Below, piece after piece: positions 20,686 to 29,752 of a DNA stretch of 60,920 nucleotides (positions within the stretch are counted from its first letter, which is position 1; the number at the start of each line of letters is the position of its first letter). The stretch lies in NCBI GenBank assembly GCA_044224875.1, contig JBGAJQ010000008.1:60064-120983 (forward strand), written 5' to 3'. The notes below the pieces were generated by a model. That model ran no database searches. It was not told the DNA's origin and was given only the letters and a program-made list of their open reading frames with translations. The position numbers and the translations under genes are program-made. The DNA comes from Gemmatimonadaceae bacterium (GTDB lineage: Bacteria > Gemmatimonadota > Gemmatimonadetes > Gemmatimonadales > Gemmatimonadaceae).

Positions 20686-20720
20686 ACGAACGCCGGCGGG
20701 AGACCGCCGGCGTTCGTTTT
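20686..20720 (+). terminator. Intrinsic terminator hairpin between convergent genes
   Basis: Perfect 14-bp stem ACGAACGCCGGCGG / CCGCCGGCGTTCGT with a GAGA loop, followed by a short T run, 24 bp after the Vgb-like stop. Confidence 0.8.
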
Positions 20721-20761
20721 CCCAGGTGCCAGTGGCCAGAGGCCGCCCGACGGCCCCGACT

Positions 20762-23257
20762 CTACTCGTAACGCAACGCCTGCATGGGAGCGATCCGGGA
20801 GGCTCGGCGCGCCGGGAGGTAGCCAGCACCAAGGGCCACCGCGGTCAACGTGAGGACCGACAGCACCATCACCAGCGGGTCGGACCCCTTGAGGCCGTAG
20901 AGCAGCGAGGACGCCATGCGCCCGAGCGCCAGCGCTCCCACGATGCCAACGAATCCGCCAATCGCCGTCATCACACCCACCTGCCGCAACACCATCGCCC
21001 GGACCCGACCGGCGTTCGCGCCTAACGCCATGCGGACGCCAATCTCGTTCGTTCGCTGCGCGACCGTGTACGCCAATACGCCGTACAACCCGATCGCCGC
21101 CAACAGGGTGGCGAGGATCGCAAAGGCTGACGACAACATGCTGATCATGCGGTCGAGGAACACATTCTGGCGGATCTGCTGCGGAAGCGTCCGCAAGTCT
21201 TCGAGTGGCAGGTTCGGATCGATCTTGCTGACGAGCGTGGTCACCGTGCGAAGCATCAGCTCCGGCGGCGTCGTGCTGCGCACGTAGAAGTTGATGGAGC
21301 CGACGGTGGTGTCCTGCAGGTATGGACGGAAGAAGACCGGCGGCACCTCGTCCTTCACCTGCGAGTACTTCGCGTCCTTCACGAATCCCACGATCTCGAC
21401 GTCGAGCTCCTTCGATCCGCCGGCCGACATGTGCTTGCCAATGGGATTGCGGCCAAGGTTGAACTTCTTGGCAAAGGTCTCATTGACCACCGCGACCTTT
21501 GGCGCGCCCGCAATGTCCGCATCCGTGAACTCGCGGCCCGCCAGCAGCGTCATGCCTAACGTCGTGAAGAAACCGGGCCCGACGCCATTGAAGCGGGAGC
21601 CATTGTCGATGTCCGGTCCGCTCGTGAAGCCCTCGACCTCCACGCCATTCCCCCAGTTATTCCCGGCCAGCAGTCCGACGCGATCCTCGGACACGGCCGT
21701 TACCCCCGGCAGCGCACGCAACTCTTCGGCGACCTTCAGGAAGAACTGCCGCGAACGTGCGGGCTCGTATCCGTTCAGCTCCGGCGACGTTCGGAAGGTG
21801 ATCACGTTCTCCGGACGAAGGCCCAAGTCGACGCGACTGATGTTGACGAGGCTGCGCACGAACAGGCCGGCGCAGACCAGGAGGGCCATAGAGAGGGCGA
21901 TCTGCGCGGTCACCAGCGAGGTGCGGAACCGCGCCGACGCCCTGGAACTCGACGCCTTGCCCGAGTTGGCGCGCAGCGTGTTCACAAGGTCCGGTCGCGT
22001 GCTCTGCAACGCCGGATAGGCGCCAAACAGGAACCCGGTCAGCACCGCCAGACCCGCGGCGAAGAGCAGCACACTCGGCTCGAGTCGGAGCTGCAGGAAG
22101 GCCACCGTTTCGTCCGGGAGCATGCCGGAGATGAGGGACAGGGTCCAGCGCGCCACCAGCAGGCTCCCCACACCACCCATGAGCGCGAGCAGCAGCGATT
22201 CGGTCAGCAGCTGCCGGAGGATCTGCGTGCGCCCCGCGCCAAGTGAGAGCCGAACCGCCATCTCCAACCCGCGGCTCGCACCGCGAGCCAGGAGCAGGTT
22301 CGCGATGTTTGCGCAGGCTATGAGGAGCACCACGCCGGTGATGGCGAACAACAGGGTCAAGGGCGTCTTGGATTCCGTGTGAATGGAGCTCTGGCCGCGC
22401 GCCCCCGGAGTTACGCCAACGTCCTTGGCCTTGAAGCGCTTCAGGGTCGCGTCGCTCATTCCCTTCTGCAGCGGCGCCTCAACGTCGTTGATGATCGGGT
22501 GATAGATCGCGTTGATGGCAGAGTGCGCTTGCGCGATGGAGACACCAGGTCGCAAGCGACCGAAGACATAGATCCAGTAGGAGTCGCGGCGCTGAAAGCT
22601 GTCGAACCCCGGATCCGCCACCCCGCGCATGGAGAGCGGGATGAAGACGTTAGGCTGCTGGCCGAGCGTGGTGCCATCGAATCCTCGCGGCCCCACGCCG
22701 ATGATGGTGAACGACTGCCCGTTCACGATCAGCGTGGAGTTGAGGACGTTGGGGTCGGAGCCGAGGCGCGACTCCCAATACCGGTGGCTGAGCACCGCAA
22801 CGTAGTTCGCGCCAATGGTCGCGTCGTCGCTGGGAGAGAAAAGGCGCCCTAACGCGGGCTTGACGCCAAGCACCGGGAAGTAGGAGCCGGAAACCAGCAT
22901 CCCCAAACCGTTCAGCGTTTGCTTGTTGTACGAAAGGTTCACCCCAAAGCCCACGTGCCCTGCGAGCCCCGTGAGCACCTTCTGCTCCTTCTCCAGGTCG
23001 CGGTACATCAGGTAGCTAAAGACATCATCACAGTCGCCAGCCTGACCGCATGACTGCGACCCCGGCTTCGGACCGGCCGCCGTGAGGTTCACCAACTCGG
23101 CCGGAGCGTTCACCGGAAGGGGCCGCAGGAGCAGTTGGTTGAACAGGGAGAAGATCGCCGCGTTGGCGCCTATGCCGAGGGCCAGCGAGAGGATAGCGAT
23201 GGCCGTCACGAATGGCGTCTTGAACAGCGTTCGGAAGGCAAGTCGGATTGTTCGCAT
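20762..23257 (-). CDS. ABC-type permease, ADOP (duplicated MacB/FtsX) family
   Basis: SLALGIGANAAIFS, VLLIACANIANLLLAR, GLYGVLAYTVAQRTNEIGVRMALGA and PARRASRIAPMQALRYE. No adjacent ATPase. Confidence 0.93.
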   Translation of the reverse strand: MRTIRLAFRTLFKTPFVTAIAILSLALGIGANAAIFSLFNQLLLRPLPVNAPAELVNLTAAGPKPGSQSCGQAGDCDDVFSYLMYRDLEKEQKVLTGLAGHVGFGVNLSYNKQTLNGLGMLVSGSYFPVLGVKPALGRLFSPSDDATIGANYVAVLSHRYWESRLGSDPNVLNSTLIVNGQSFTIIGVGPRGFDGTTLGQQPNVFIPLSMRGVADPGFDSFQRRDSYWIYVFGRLRPGVSIAQAHSAINAIYHPIINDVEAPLQKGMSDATLKRFKAKDVGVTPGARGQSSIHTESKTPLTLLFAITGVVLLIACANIANLLLARGASRGLEMAVRLSLGAGRTQILRQLLTESLLLALMGGVGSLLVARWTLSLISGMLPDETVAFLQLRLEPSVLLFAAGLAVLTGFLFGAYPALQSTRPDLVNTLRANSGKASSSRASARFRTSLVTAQIALSMALLVCAGLFVRSLVNISRVDLGLRPENVITFRTSPELNGYEPARSRQFFLKVAEELRALPGVTAVSEDRVGLLAGNNWGNGVEVEGFTSGPDIDNGSRFNGVGPGFFTTLGMTLLAGREFTDADIAGAPKVAVVNETFAKKFNLGRNPIGKHMSAGGSKELDVEIVGFVKDAKYSQVKDEVPPVFFRPYLQDTTVGSINFYVRSTTPPELMLRTVTTLVSKIDPNLPLEDLRTLPQQIRQNVFLDRMISMLSSAFAILATLLAAIGLYGVLAYTVAQRTNEIGVRMALGANAGRVRAMVLRQVGVMTAIGGFVGIVGALALGRMASSLLYGLKGSDPLVMVLSVLTLTAVALGAGYLPARRASRIAPMQALRYE

Positions 23258-23512
23258 GTGGACTCGTACGAGGGTCCTGCCAGTCGAGATTCACCGCAGT
23301 CGGGTGCGTATTTTCCCGAGTTGGACACCTCTATTCCACAGAACGATGACTGAACGTGAAAATCCGTTGCCGAACGGCGTGTCCCCAAGTCCCAGTGCCG
23401 CAACGCCCCGCCGGCTTCCGGGGGCCGCCGAGGCGCGTGGGGCAGGCCATCATATGGAAAGGCTCGGCCGTGCCGATACTCCTCAGAGGAGCTCCTTCTC
23501 CGAGGTCAAACG

Positions 23513-23854
23513 GTGACTGCCAGCTTTACCCCCACGCGCCCAATCACGGCGCGGATCGAACGACACGTCGAGGTCCGGCTCAAGGACATCGGCGCGGATC
23601 ATCACTTCATCAGCACGCGATCGGATACGATCAACGTGAGTGAATACGGATTGCTGATGGAGGTTCCAACAACGCTCGACGCGTGCGTGCGTCAGGAAGT
23701 GGTGGCTTCACTCCACTGGGACGGCGGTGAATTCGAGTCACTCGGCGAGATCGTGCGCTTCGAGGGACCGTATTGGCGCGATCCCACCAAGAGCGTGATG
23801 GCGGTTCGGCTGAAGGAACCGCTCCCGCACGAACTGTTGACCCCCACGTCCTGA
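23513..23854 (+). CDS. PilZ-domain protein
   Basis: 113 aa with DTINVSEYGL (D/NxSxxG) and a GEIVR beta pattern. The N-terminal Arg motif is atypical (RPITAR). Confidence 0.65.
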   Translation: MTASFTPTRPITARIERHVEVRLKDIGADHHFISTRSDTINVSEYGLLMEVPTTLDACVRQEVVASLHWDGGEFESLGEIVRFEGPYWRDPTKSVMAVRLKEPLPHELLTPTS

Positions 23855-23889
23855 GGCGTTCCGCAACGCGGGGGTCCGGCGCCGGTGAG

Positions 23890-24270
23890 TCAGCTCGCCG
23901 GCGGCTGCGACTGTTGCGACACGCGTCGGTCCGTGGTACGCGTTGCCGGTTGGCTGGTGCCGCAGACCACACACGCGGCCATGTCCTTGCCGTAGAGCGC
24001 CAGATCGCTCTCCAGGTTACAGGCCGCGCAGAAGCCACGTGTGAGGGTCAGGTGCTCGAGCGACAAGCCGCTTCGGATGAGTCGAGCGACCATCGCGTTC
24101 GGTTCGGCAGCGCCTAACGGGCATAGGTTGCCAGAACACCAATCGCCGATCTCGAGACACACGACCTCGGGGTCGTGCACGTTCGCCTGGGCGTCGTCAT
24201 GTCCGGAGTCTGTCATCAGGACGCGGACGTCGCGATCGCAAGCACTGCAGAACACCTCGCGCGGCTTCAT
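23890..24270 (-). CDS. Cys-rich hypothetical protein (probable metal binding)
   Basis: 126 aa with CSAC, C-x6-C-x4-C, CAAC and CVVC. AAGG-type RBS upstream. Co-directional with and 72 bp downstream of apbE. Confidence 0.7.
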   Translation of the reverse strand: MKPREVFCSACDRDVRVLMTDSGHDDAQANVHDPEVVCLEIGDWCSGNLCPLGAAEPNAMVARLIRSGLSLEHLTLTRGFCAACNLESDLALYGKDMAACVVCGTSQPATRTTDRRVSQQSQPPAS

Positions 24271-24342
24271 GGGGCACCTTCCTTACATTGGGGACCATCG
24301 CCGGCCGGCCGCCTATCACGGCCCTTTGCGGCGAGTGGCCCG

Positions 24343-25329
24343 TCACGCCATGTCGATCACCTGCGCACCGGGTGACCGGCGGTCCAGCACTTGTTGTCCG
24401 TCCCGTTGCGTCATGCCAAAGACGGCCGTCGCCGCGGCATCGGCGTCCATGCACGTCTCGGCGCGAATGCTCACGCTATGCATCAGCGTATCCCGCGGCG
24501 CCGCGGTTTCGGGGTCCATGAGGTGGTGATAGCGGCGACCGCGCCATCGGAAGAACTGCTCGTAGTCGCCCGAGGTAGCGATGGCGCCGTCCGTCAGCTC
24601 CACCGTTTGCCGCAGGACCCGGGGATCGCCCGGATCAGCGATCCCGATTCGCCAAGGTTCATCGGGGGCGGGGCCACCGATCGCGACGATCTCACCCCCG
24701 ACGTCGATCAGGGCGTGTTCTACGCCCGCCGCACGCATCGCGTCCATTCCCCGATCCACGCCGTATCCCTTGGCGATGGCGCCCAGGTCCAGGTGGACGT
24801 CGTCCTGCGTGAAGAAGATCGACGGCTGCGACCCGTCGGTACCCACCTCGATCTTCTCGAACAGGCGACGCCCGGCCAAGCGGCGGACGGCGAGCGTCGG
24901 AGGCGGTTCATGCCGGTGCATGACGTCCCACAGCTCCACCACGCGACCGATGGCGGGATCGAACGCGCCATGCGATGCGCGGGCCCAGCGCAGGGCGGCA
25001 TCGACCACGAGCATCGTGTCCATTGACACCTTCACGGGGGTAAAGTGCGCCGTAGCATTCGCGCGCCCGATTTCCGAATCGGCGCGGAAACGTGTCATGC
25101 GTCGTTCGACGTCGGCCAAGGCACGTTGCGCGGCGTCGATGGCCCGCTCAGCATAACGAGCGTCGCGATGCACCACCGTGAACTCGGCCAGGGTTCCCAT
25201 CACCGGCATCGTGCGCTTCACCACCTGCCGCCGCCTGATCGCCGCCGCGGGAATCGCGCCGACCACCAGTGCTCCAACACCCACGGCTACGAATTCTCGG
25301 CGTCCGAGCTTGCTTCGCACGGCGCTCAT
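24343..25329 (-). CDS. apbE: FAD:protein FMN transferase with Tat-like signal
   Basis: VMGT, AFDPAIG, DLGAIAKGYGVD, DVGGEI, IATSGDYEQ, YHHLMDP and ADAAATA. N-terminal GRREFV twin-arginine motif. Confidence 0.95.
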   Translation of the reverse strand: MSAVRSKLGRREFVAVGVGALVVGAIPAAAIRRRQVVKRTMPVMGTLAEFTVVHRDARYAERAIDAAQRALADVERRMTRFRADSEIGRANATAHFTPVKVSMDTMLVVDAALRWARASHGAFDPAIGRVVELWDVMHRHEPPPTLAVRRLAGRRLFEKIEVGTDGSQPSIFFTQDDVHLDLGAIAKGYGVDRGMDAMRAAGVEHALIDVGGEIVAIGGPAPDEPWRIGIADPGDPRVLRQTVELTDGAIATSGDYEQFFRWRGRRYHHLMDPETAAPRDTLMHSVSIRAETCMDADAAATAVFGMTQRDGQQVLDRRSPGAQVIDMA

Positions 25330-25475
25330 GGCGCGTCCTCCGATGACGATGAATGGCGGTGACAGGACCCGCCGCAGGCTCCGCAGCCGCCGCCGGTGCA
25401 TTCCGTGCGCGGCCTGACCAGCCCGAAGATGATGAACAACAACGCGCAGAGCGCGACACCAAACACTGTAGACAT
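25326..25475 (-). CDS. 49-aa single-TM Cys-rich peptide (not in ORF track)
   Basis: Manual translation: MSTVFGVALCALLFIIFGLVRPRTECTGGGCGACGGSCHRHSSSSEDAP*. Its start overlaps the rnfA stop (TGATG) and its stop overlaps the apbE start (ATGA). Confidence 0.8.
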   Translation of the reverse strand: MSTVFGVALCALLFIIFGLVRPRTECTGGGCGACGGSCHRHSSSSEDAP

Positions 25476-26050
25476 CAGGAGGCTCCGAGTCCGGCAAAGC
25501 CCATGAACGCCATGGAGAGGCAGCTGGCGATGATGAGGACGATGGCCATCGGCCGCGCCAGTCGCGGCACGTCGGTCAGCTCCGTACGCACGCGGATCGA
25601 CGCCATCAGCGTGAGTGCCAACGTCAGCCCCAATCCCGAGCCGATCGCGAATGCCAGCCCCTGGATGAAGTTGTAGTTGCGATTGGTCTGAAAGATCGCG
25701 AGCCCGAGGATGGCGCAGTTCGTCGTGATGAGCGGCAGGTAGATGCCCAGTTGACGGAACAGCACGGGATAGTACTTCTTCACGGTCATCTCAACGATCT
25801 GCACGGCGGATGCGATCACGACGATGAATGCGATCGTCCGCAGGTATGGTGCAGTGCCCAGCACATACTTGTTCAGGAACCACGCGGACACGGCGGTCAT
25901 GATCAGGACGAACGTGTTCGCCAGCCCCAACCGGAAGGCCGTGGCGATCTGCTGCGTGACCCCGAAGAACGAACACAACCCCAGGAACATCACCAGGGTG
26001 AAGTTGTTCACGAGCAGCGACGAGATGACAATCCAGGCCAGGTCACCCAT
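25475..26050 (-). CDS. rnfA: Rnf complex subunit A
   Basis: LVNNFTLVMFLGLCSFFG, LGIYLPLITTNCAILG and LSMAFMGFAG. Confidence 0.95.
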   Translation of the reverse strand: MGDLAWIVISSLLVNNFTLVMFLGLCSFFGVTQQIATAFRLGLANTFVLIMTAVSAWFLNKYVLGTAPYLRTIAFIVVIASAVQIVEMTVKKYYPVLFRQLGIYLPLITTNCAILGLAIFQTNRNYNFIQGLAFAIGSGLGLTLALTLMASIRVRTELTDVPRLARPMAIVLIIASCLSMAFMGFAGLGAS

Positions 26051-26727
26051 TATGCCTCCTGCAACGCGGCGCGCCGGGCCCGCATGTCTCGCACGATGGA
26101 AACCGCCAGTAGCAACAATCCGAGGGTGAAGAACCCGCCAGGCGGCAACGCAAAGAACACCCACGGCTCAAACTGGGCGGGCATCACGCGCATTCTCAGG
26201 AACGATCCGTTGCCCAGCACCTCGCGAATCGTGCCCATCATGGTGAGGGACATCGTGAACCCGGCCCCCATGCCCAACGCATCGAGCACGGAGCGTCCTA
26301 CCGGTTGCTTCGCCGCGAACGACTCCTGGCGACCAAGCAGCAGGCAGTTGGCCACAATGAGCGCGATGAACGGGCCCAGCGCCTTGTGAATATCGGGGAC
26401 CAGGGCTTCGAGGATCAGCTCCGCGAGCGTCACGAAGGTGGCAATGATCAGGATGTACGACGCAATCCGCACTTCATTGGGGAAGTACTTCTTCAACAGC
26501 GACACAAAGAACTCCGATCCCAGCAGCACAAAGAGCGTCGCCATGCCCATCGCGAAGGCGTTGGCGACGTTGTTGGTGACGGCCATCGTGGGGCACATGC
26601 CGAGCATCTGCACCAACACGGGATTCTCCTTCCACACGCCGCGCATAAGGTCGACGATTGGCGGCGACTCTGGCGCGGCAGATACCTCCACACGCTCTGC
26701 GGCAGCTGGTGCAGTCGCGGTACTCAT
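26050..26727 (-). CDS. rnfE: Rnf complex subunit E
   Basis: ENPVLVQMLGMCPTMAV, IALIVANCLLLGR, IREVLGNG and LPPGGFF. Confidence 0.95.
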   Translation of the reverse strand: MSTATAPAAAERVEVSAAPESPPIVDLMRGVWKENPVLVQMLGMCPTMAVTNNVANAFAMGMATLFVLLGSEFFVSLLKKYFPNEVRIASYILIIATFVTLAELILEALVPDIHKALGPFIALIVANCLLLGRQESFAAKQPVGRSVLDALGMGAGFTMSLTMMGTIREVLGNGSFLRMRVMPAQFEPWVFFALPPGGFFTLGLLLLAVSIVRDMRARRAALQEA

Positions 26728-27392
26728 CGAGTGGTCGCCTCCGGTTTCCACGCACTCAGCAGCGGTCCCCATTTGGCCACTGCGTTGTTCATGATGCGGG
26801 TGACGGCCCGCGACGAAATCGTCGCACCAGAGATCGCGTCGATCTCCGAGGGGTCGGCCCCACTCTTCTTCTTCACGGCCTTCATCGGCGCCTTGGCTCC
26901 GGCGAACTGCCGCGTGAAGGAGCTGTCGCGCTCGATCTTGTCGCCAAGGCCCGGTGTCTCCTTCTCCTCGAGAATCTTGAGGCCCAGGACCTGGCCGCTC
27001 ACCACGTCGTAGCCGAACATCAGCGAGATGATTTCGGAGAAGCCGGGTTCTGCCGCGGAAATCGCCGCGCCGATGTTCTTGCCTGTGTTGTCGTAGCCGA
27101 CGAACACACGTTCCATCTCTCCTCGTGCCCCCCGCGGATGTTGCGTGAGTGCGCCGTTCTCCAGGTAAAGCGTGTCCCAGCGGGCGGGGCTCTTCAGCAC
27201 CTCGGCGATCGCCACCTGCATGACGAGCGCGCGATGGCGTTCGATCGGCGGTAAGGTGACCTGATAGACGGCAGCGACCAGCAATCCGGCCAGTGCGCCG
27301 GCAATGCCTAACGTCGCAACCAGCCGATACGGCGGCGTGTCTGGCACAGGCTCAATCGAGGGGGGCACCCCGGCGCCATGCACGTGTGTCAT
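26724..27392 (-). CDS. rnfG: Rnf complex subunit G (FMN-binding)
   Basis: N-terminal TM, ETPGLG, and the DAISGATISS flavinylation motif. ATGA overlaps at both ends. Confidence 0.92.
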   Translation of the reverse strand: MTHVHGAGVPPSIEPVPDTPPYRLVATLGIAGALAGLLVAAVYQVTLPPIERHRALVMQVAIAEVLKSPARWDTLYLENGALTQHPRGARGEMERVFVGYDNTGKNIGAAISAAEPGFSEIISLMFGYDVVSGQVLGLKILEEKETPGLGDKIERDSSFTRQFAGAKAPMKAVKKKSGADPSEIDAISGATISSRAVTRIMNNAVAKWGPLLSAWKPEATTR

Positions 27393-28387
27393 GCGATCAC
27401 CCGCTTGGTCGTGCCGAACACTCGCGGCTGCGTGGCCTTGTTGATGAAGGGCGTGAACGCGTTCATCAGCAGGATCGCGTACATGACGCCCTCGGGGAGT
27501 CCACCCCAGATGCGCACGACGACCGTCATGACTCCCACACCACTGCCGAAAATCCAGCGTCCTGCGTTCGTCACCGGCGACGTCACCATGTCGGTGGCCA
27601 TGTACACCGCCCCCAGCATGAGTCCTCCAGAAAACAGCATGAACATGGGGTCCGGGTACCTCGCGGCGGCCAGGTGCAGAATGCCGGAAAGGACGACCAC
27701 GGTGCTCAACACCGCAATCGGAATTCGCCAGTTCAGGAAGCCGCGCCATGCCAGGTAGGCGCCGCCGAGCAGGATCACAATCGCCGCTGTTTCTCCCACG
27801 GATCCGCCGGTCGAACCCATCACGAGGTCGGCCAATGCCGTGCCCTTCCCCTCGAACTTCAACGCGCCTAACGGTGTGGCCGCCGTTATGGCATCTGTAG
27901 TGCGCGGGTGCATGAACGGCACCGCGAACAGGTCGCCATGCAGTGCGAAGAACGAGGCGCCACGCACTTCCGGCCAGGTCGTCATTGGCACCGGGAAGGA
28001 AGCCTGAAGGAAGGCGCGCCCGAACAGTGCGGGATTGAAGATGTTCTGTCCCAGCCCACCGAAGATGATCTTGCCAAAGCCGATGCCCATCGCCCCGCCC
28101 AAGGCCGCCATCCACAGTGGCAATCCCGGCGGCAGCGTGAGTCCGAGCAGCAACCCGGTGATCATCGCCGAGCCATCGAGCAGCGAACCGGAGCGGCCAA
28201 ATATCCGCTCCGTGATTAGTGCCCCCGCCGTGGCCGCGGCGATGATCAGGAGCGCGCCCATGCCAAAGAACCACCCGGCGGCAACAATGATCGGCACGAG
28301 ACTTCCCACCACCGTCCACATGATCTGCGGCGTGGAATCGCGCGACTTGAGGTGCGGGGACGCTGTAACAACGAGCTTGGATGTCAT
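27389..28387 (-). CDS. rnfD: Rnf complex subunit D
   Basis: ASPH, DGSAMITGLLLGLTLPP, FGGLGQNIFNPAL, DAITAATPL (FMN-Thr), GSVGET, MATDMVTSP and PEGVMYAILLMN. Confidence 0.95.
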   Translation of the reverse strand: MTSKLVVTASPHLKSRDSTPQIMWTVVGSLVPIIVAAGWFFGMGALLIIAAATAGALITERIFGRSGSLLDGSAMITGLLLGLTLPPGLPLWMAALGGAMGIGFGKIIFGGLGQNIFNPALFGRAFLQASFPVPMTTWPEVRGASFFALHGDLFAVPFMHPRTTDAITAATPLGALKFEGKGTALADLVMGSTGGSVGETAAIVILLGGAYLAWRGFLNWRIPIAVLSTVVVLSGILHLAAARYPDPMFMLFSGGLMLGAVYMATDMVTSPVTNAGRWIFGSGVGVMTVVVRIWGGLPEGVMYAILLMNAFTPFINKATQPRVFGTTKRVIA

Positions 28388-29745
28388 GACTTTGCTCCAG
28401 CGCCATTGGCCGCCAGCGCCGCCGCGGCGACTTTCCGCTTCCTCAGGCCTGCCTTCGCGAACGCAAACTGCTGCGACAGCGGAATATTCGACGGACACAC
28501 GTATGAACACGATCCGCACAACATGCAGTCCGTGAGGTGCAACTCTTCCATGGCCTCCCAGCGTTGATGTTTCGCCAGGTCGCCGAGCAGTGAAGGGTTC
28601 AGGAAGACCGGACAGGCATCCAGGCAGCGTCCGCAGTGAATGCACGGATACACCGCCGTGCCACGCGTCTGCTCGCTGGTGAGCACCACCACACCCGTTG
28701 TTCCCTTGGTGACGGGTGCCTCCAGGTTGCTCTGCGCCAGTCCCATCATCGGGCCGCCCACGATCACCTCGGCGGCGTTTGGATCGAGCCCGCCGCAGTG
28801 ATCGAGCAGGTCGACAAGCTTCGTGCCCACAGGCACGATCAGATTCTGCGGCTTGCGGACGCCATCGCCGCTGACCGTGACGATCCGCTCGATGAGCGGC
28901 AGGCCGGTCTCGAAGATCTCAGCGACCGCGGCGATCGACCCGACGTTCTGGACGATCACTCCCGCCGTAACGGGCAGCTTGCCCGAGCCCACTTCTTCCC
29001 CGGTGACCGCATGGATCAGCATCTTCTCGGCGCCCTGCGGATACTTCACCGTCAGCGGCAACACACTGATGTCGATATCCGTTGGCAGGTTGGCGCGGAG
29101 CGCCTCCACCGCATCCGGCTTGTTGTTCTCGACACCGATCACGGCCTTTTTCACGCCAAGGGTCTGCATCATCACCCGAATGCCAAACAACACGCGCTGC
29201 GGATACTCCACCATCGTGCGGTGGTCCGACGTCAGGTATGGCTCGCACTCGGCGCCATTCACGATCAGCGTGTGAATTGCCGCACCCTTTGGCGGAGTGA
29301 GCTTTACGTGTGTGGGGAACGCGGCGCCGCCGAGACCAACTACGCCCGCATCCTGGACGGCCTGAATCACCTGGGACGTGGAAAGGCCATCCCACTTGGG
29401 AACGAGGCGCGGCCGAGGCAGGTGGATCGCGTGCTTGTCGACCGAAAGACAGATCGCCATCTGCATCGTGCCGTCGATGTGCGGTCGCCAATCGATGTCC
29501 GTTACGGTACCCGCGGCCGATGCATGGATCGGCACGGAGATGAAGCCGTCGGCCCTGGCGACCATGTCGCCCCGTTCGACATGGTCACCAGCCTTGACGA
29601 CTGGGATGGCAGGGTTGCCCGCATGCTGACGCAGTGGCAGAACCACCTCATCCGGGAACGGCATACGCCGGATGGAGAGCTGGTGAGTCAGCTCTTTGTG
29701 CTCTGGGGGATGAACCCCGTGTCGGAACCCTATCCGCGCCAACAT
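28384..29745 (-). CDS. rnfC: Rnf complex subunit C
   Basis: GVHPP, GVVGLGGAAFPTHVK, NGAECEPYLTSD, KYPQGAEK, GGPMMG, CIHCGRCLDACP and CMLCGSCSYVCP. Confidence 0.95.
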   Translation of the reverse strand: MLARIGFRHGVHPPEHKELTHQLSIRRMPFPDEVVLPLRQHAGNPAIPVVKAGDHVERGDMVARADGFISVPIHASAAGTVTDIDWRPHIDGTMQMAICLSVDKHAIHLPRPRLVPKWDGLSTSQVIQAVQDAGVVGLGGAAFPTHVKLTPPKGAAIHTLIVNGAECEPYLTSDHRTMVEYPQRVLFGIRVMMQTLGVKKAVIGVENNKPDAVEALRANLPTDIDISVLPLTVKYPQGAEKMLIHAVTGEEVGSGKLPVTAGVIVQNVGSIAAVAEIFETGLPLIERIVTVSGDGVRKPQNLIVPVGTKLVDLLDHCGGLDPNAAEVIVGGPMMGLAQSNLEAPVTKGTTGVVVLTSEQTRGTAVYPCIHCGRCLDACPVFLNPSLLGDLAKHQRWEAMEELHLTDCMLCGSCSYVCPSNIPLSQQFAFAKAGLRKRKVAAAALAANGAGAKS

Positions 29746-29752
29746 ACGGGCG

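Noticed and set aside
20762..23257. Permease without an ATPase partner as a novelty
   Set aside because: Orphan duplicated permeases (ADOP) are a known, expanded family in Acidobacteria and Gemmatimonadota.
26724..28406. 560-aa ORF suggesting an extended RnfG
   Set aside because: The upstream 338 codons are an alternate-frame shadow of rnfD. The real start is ATG 27392.
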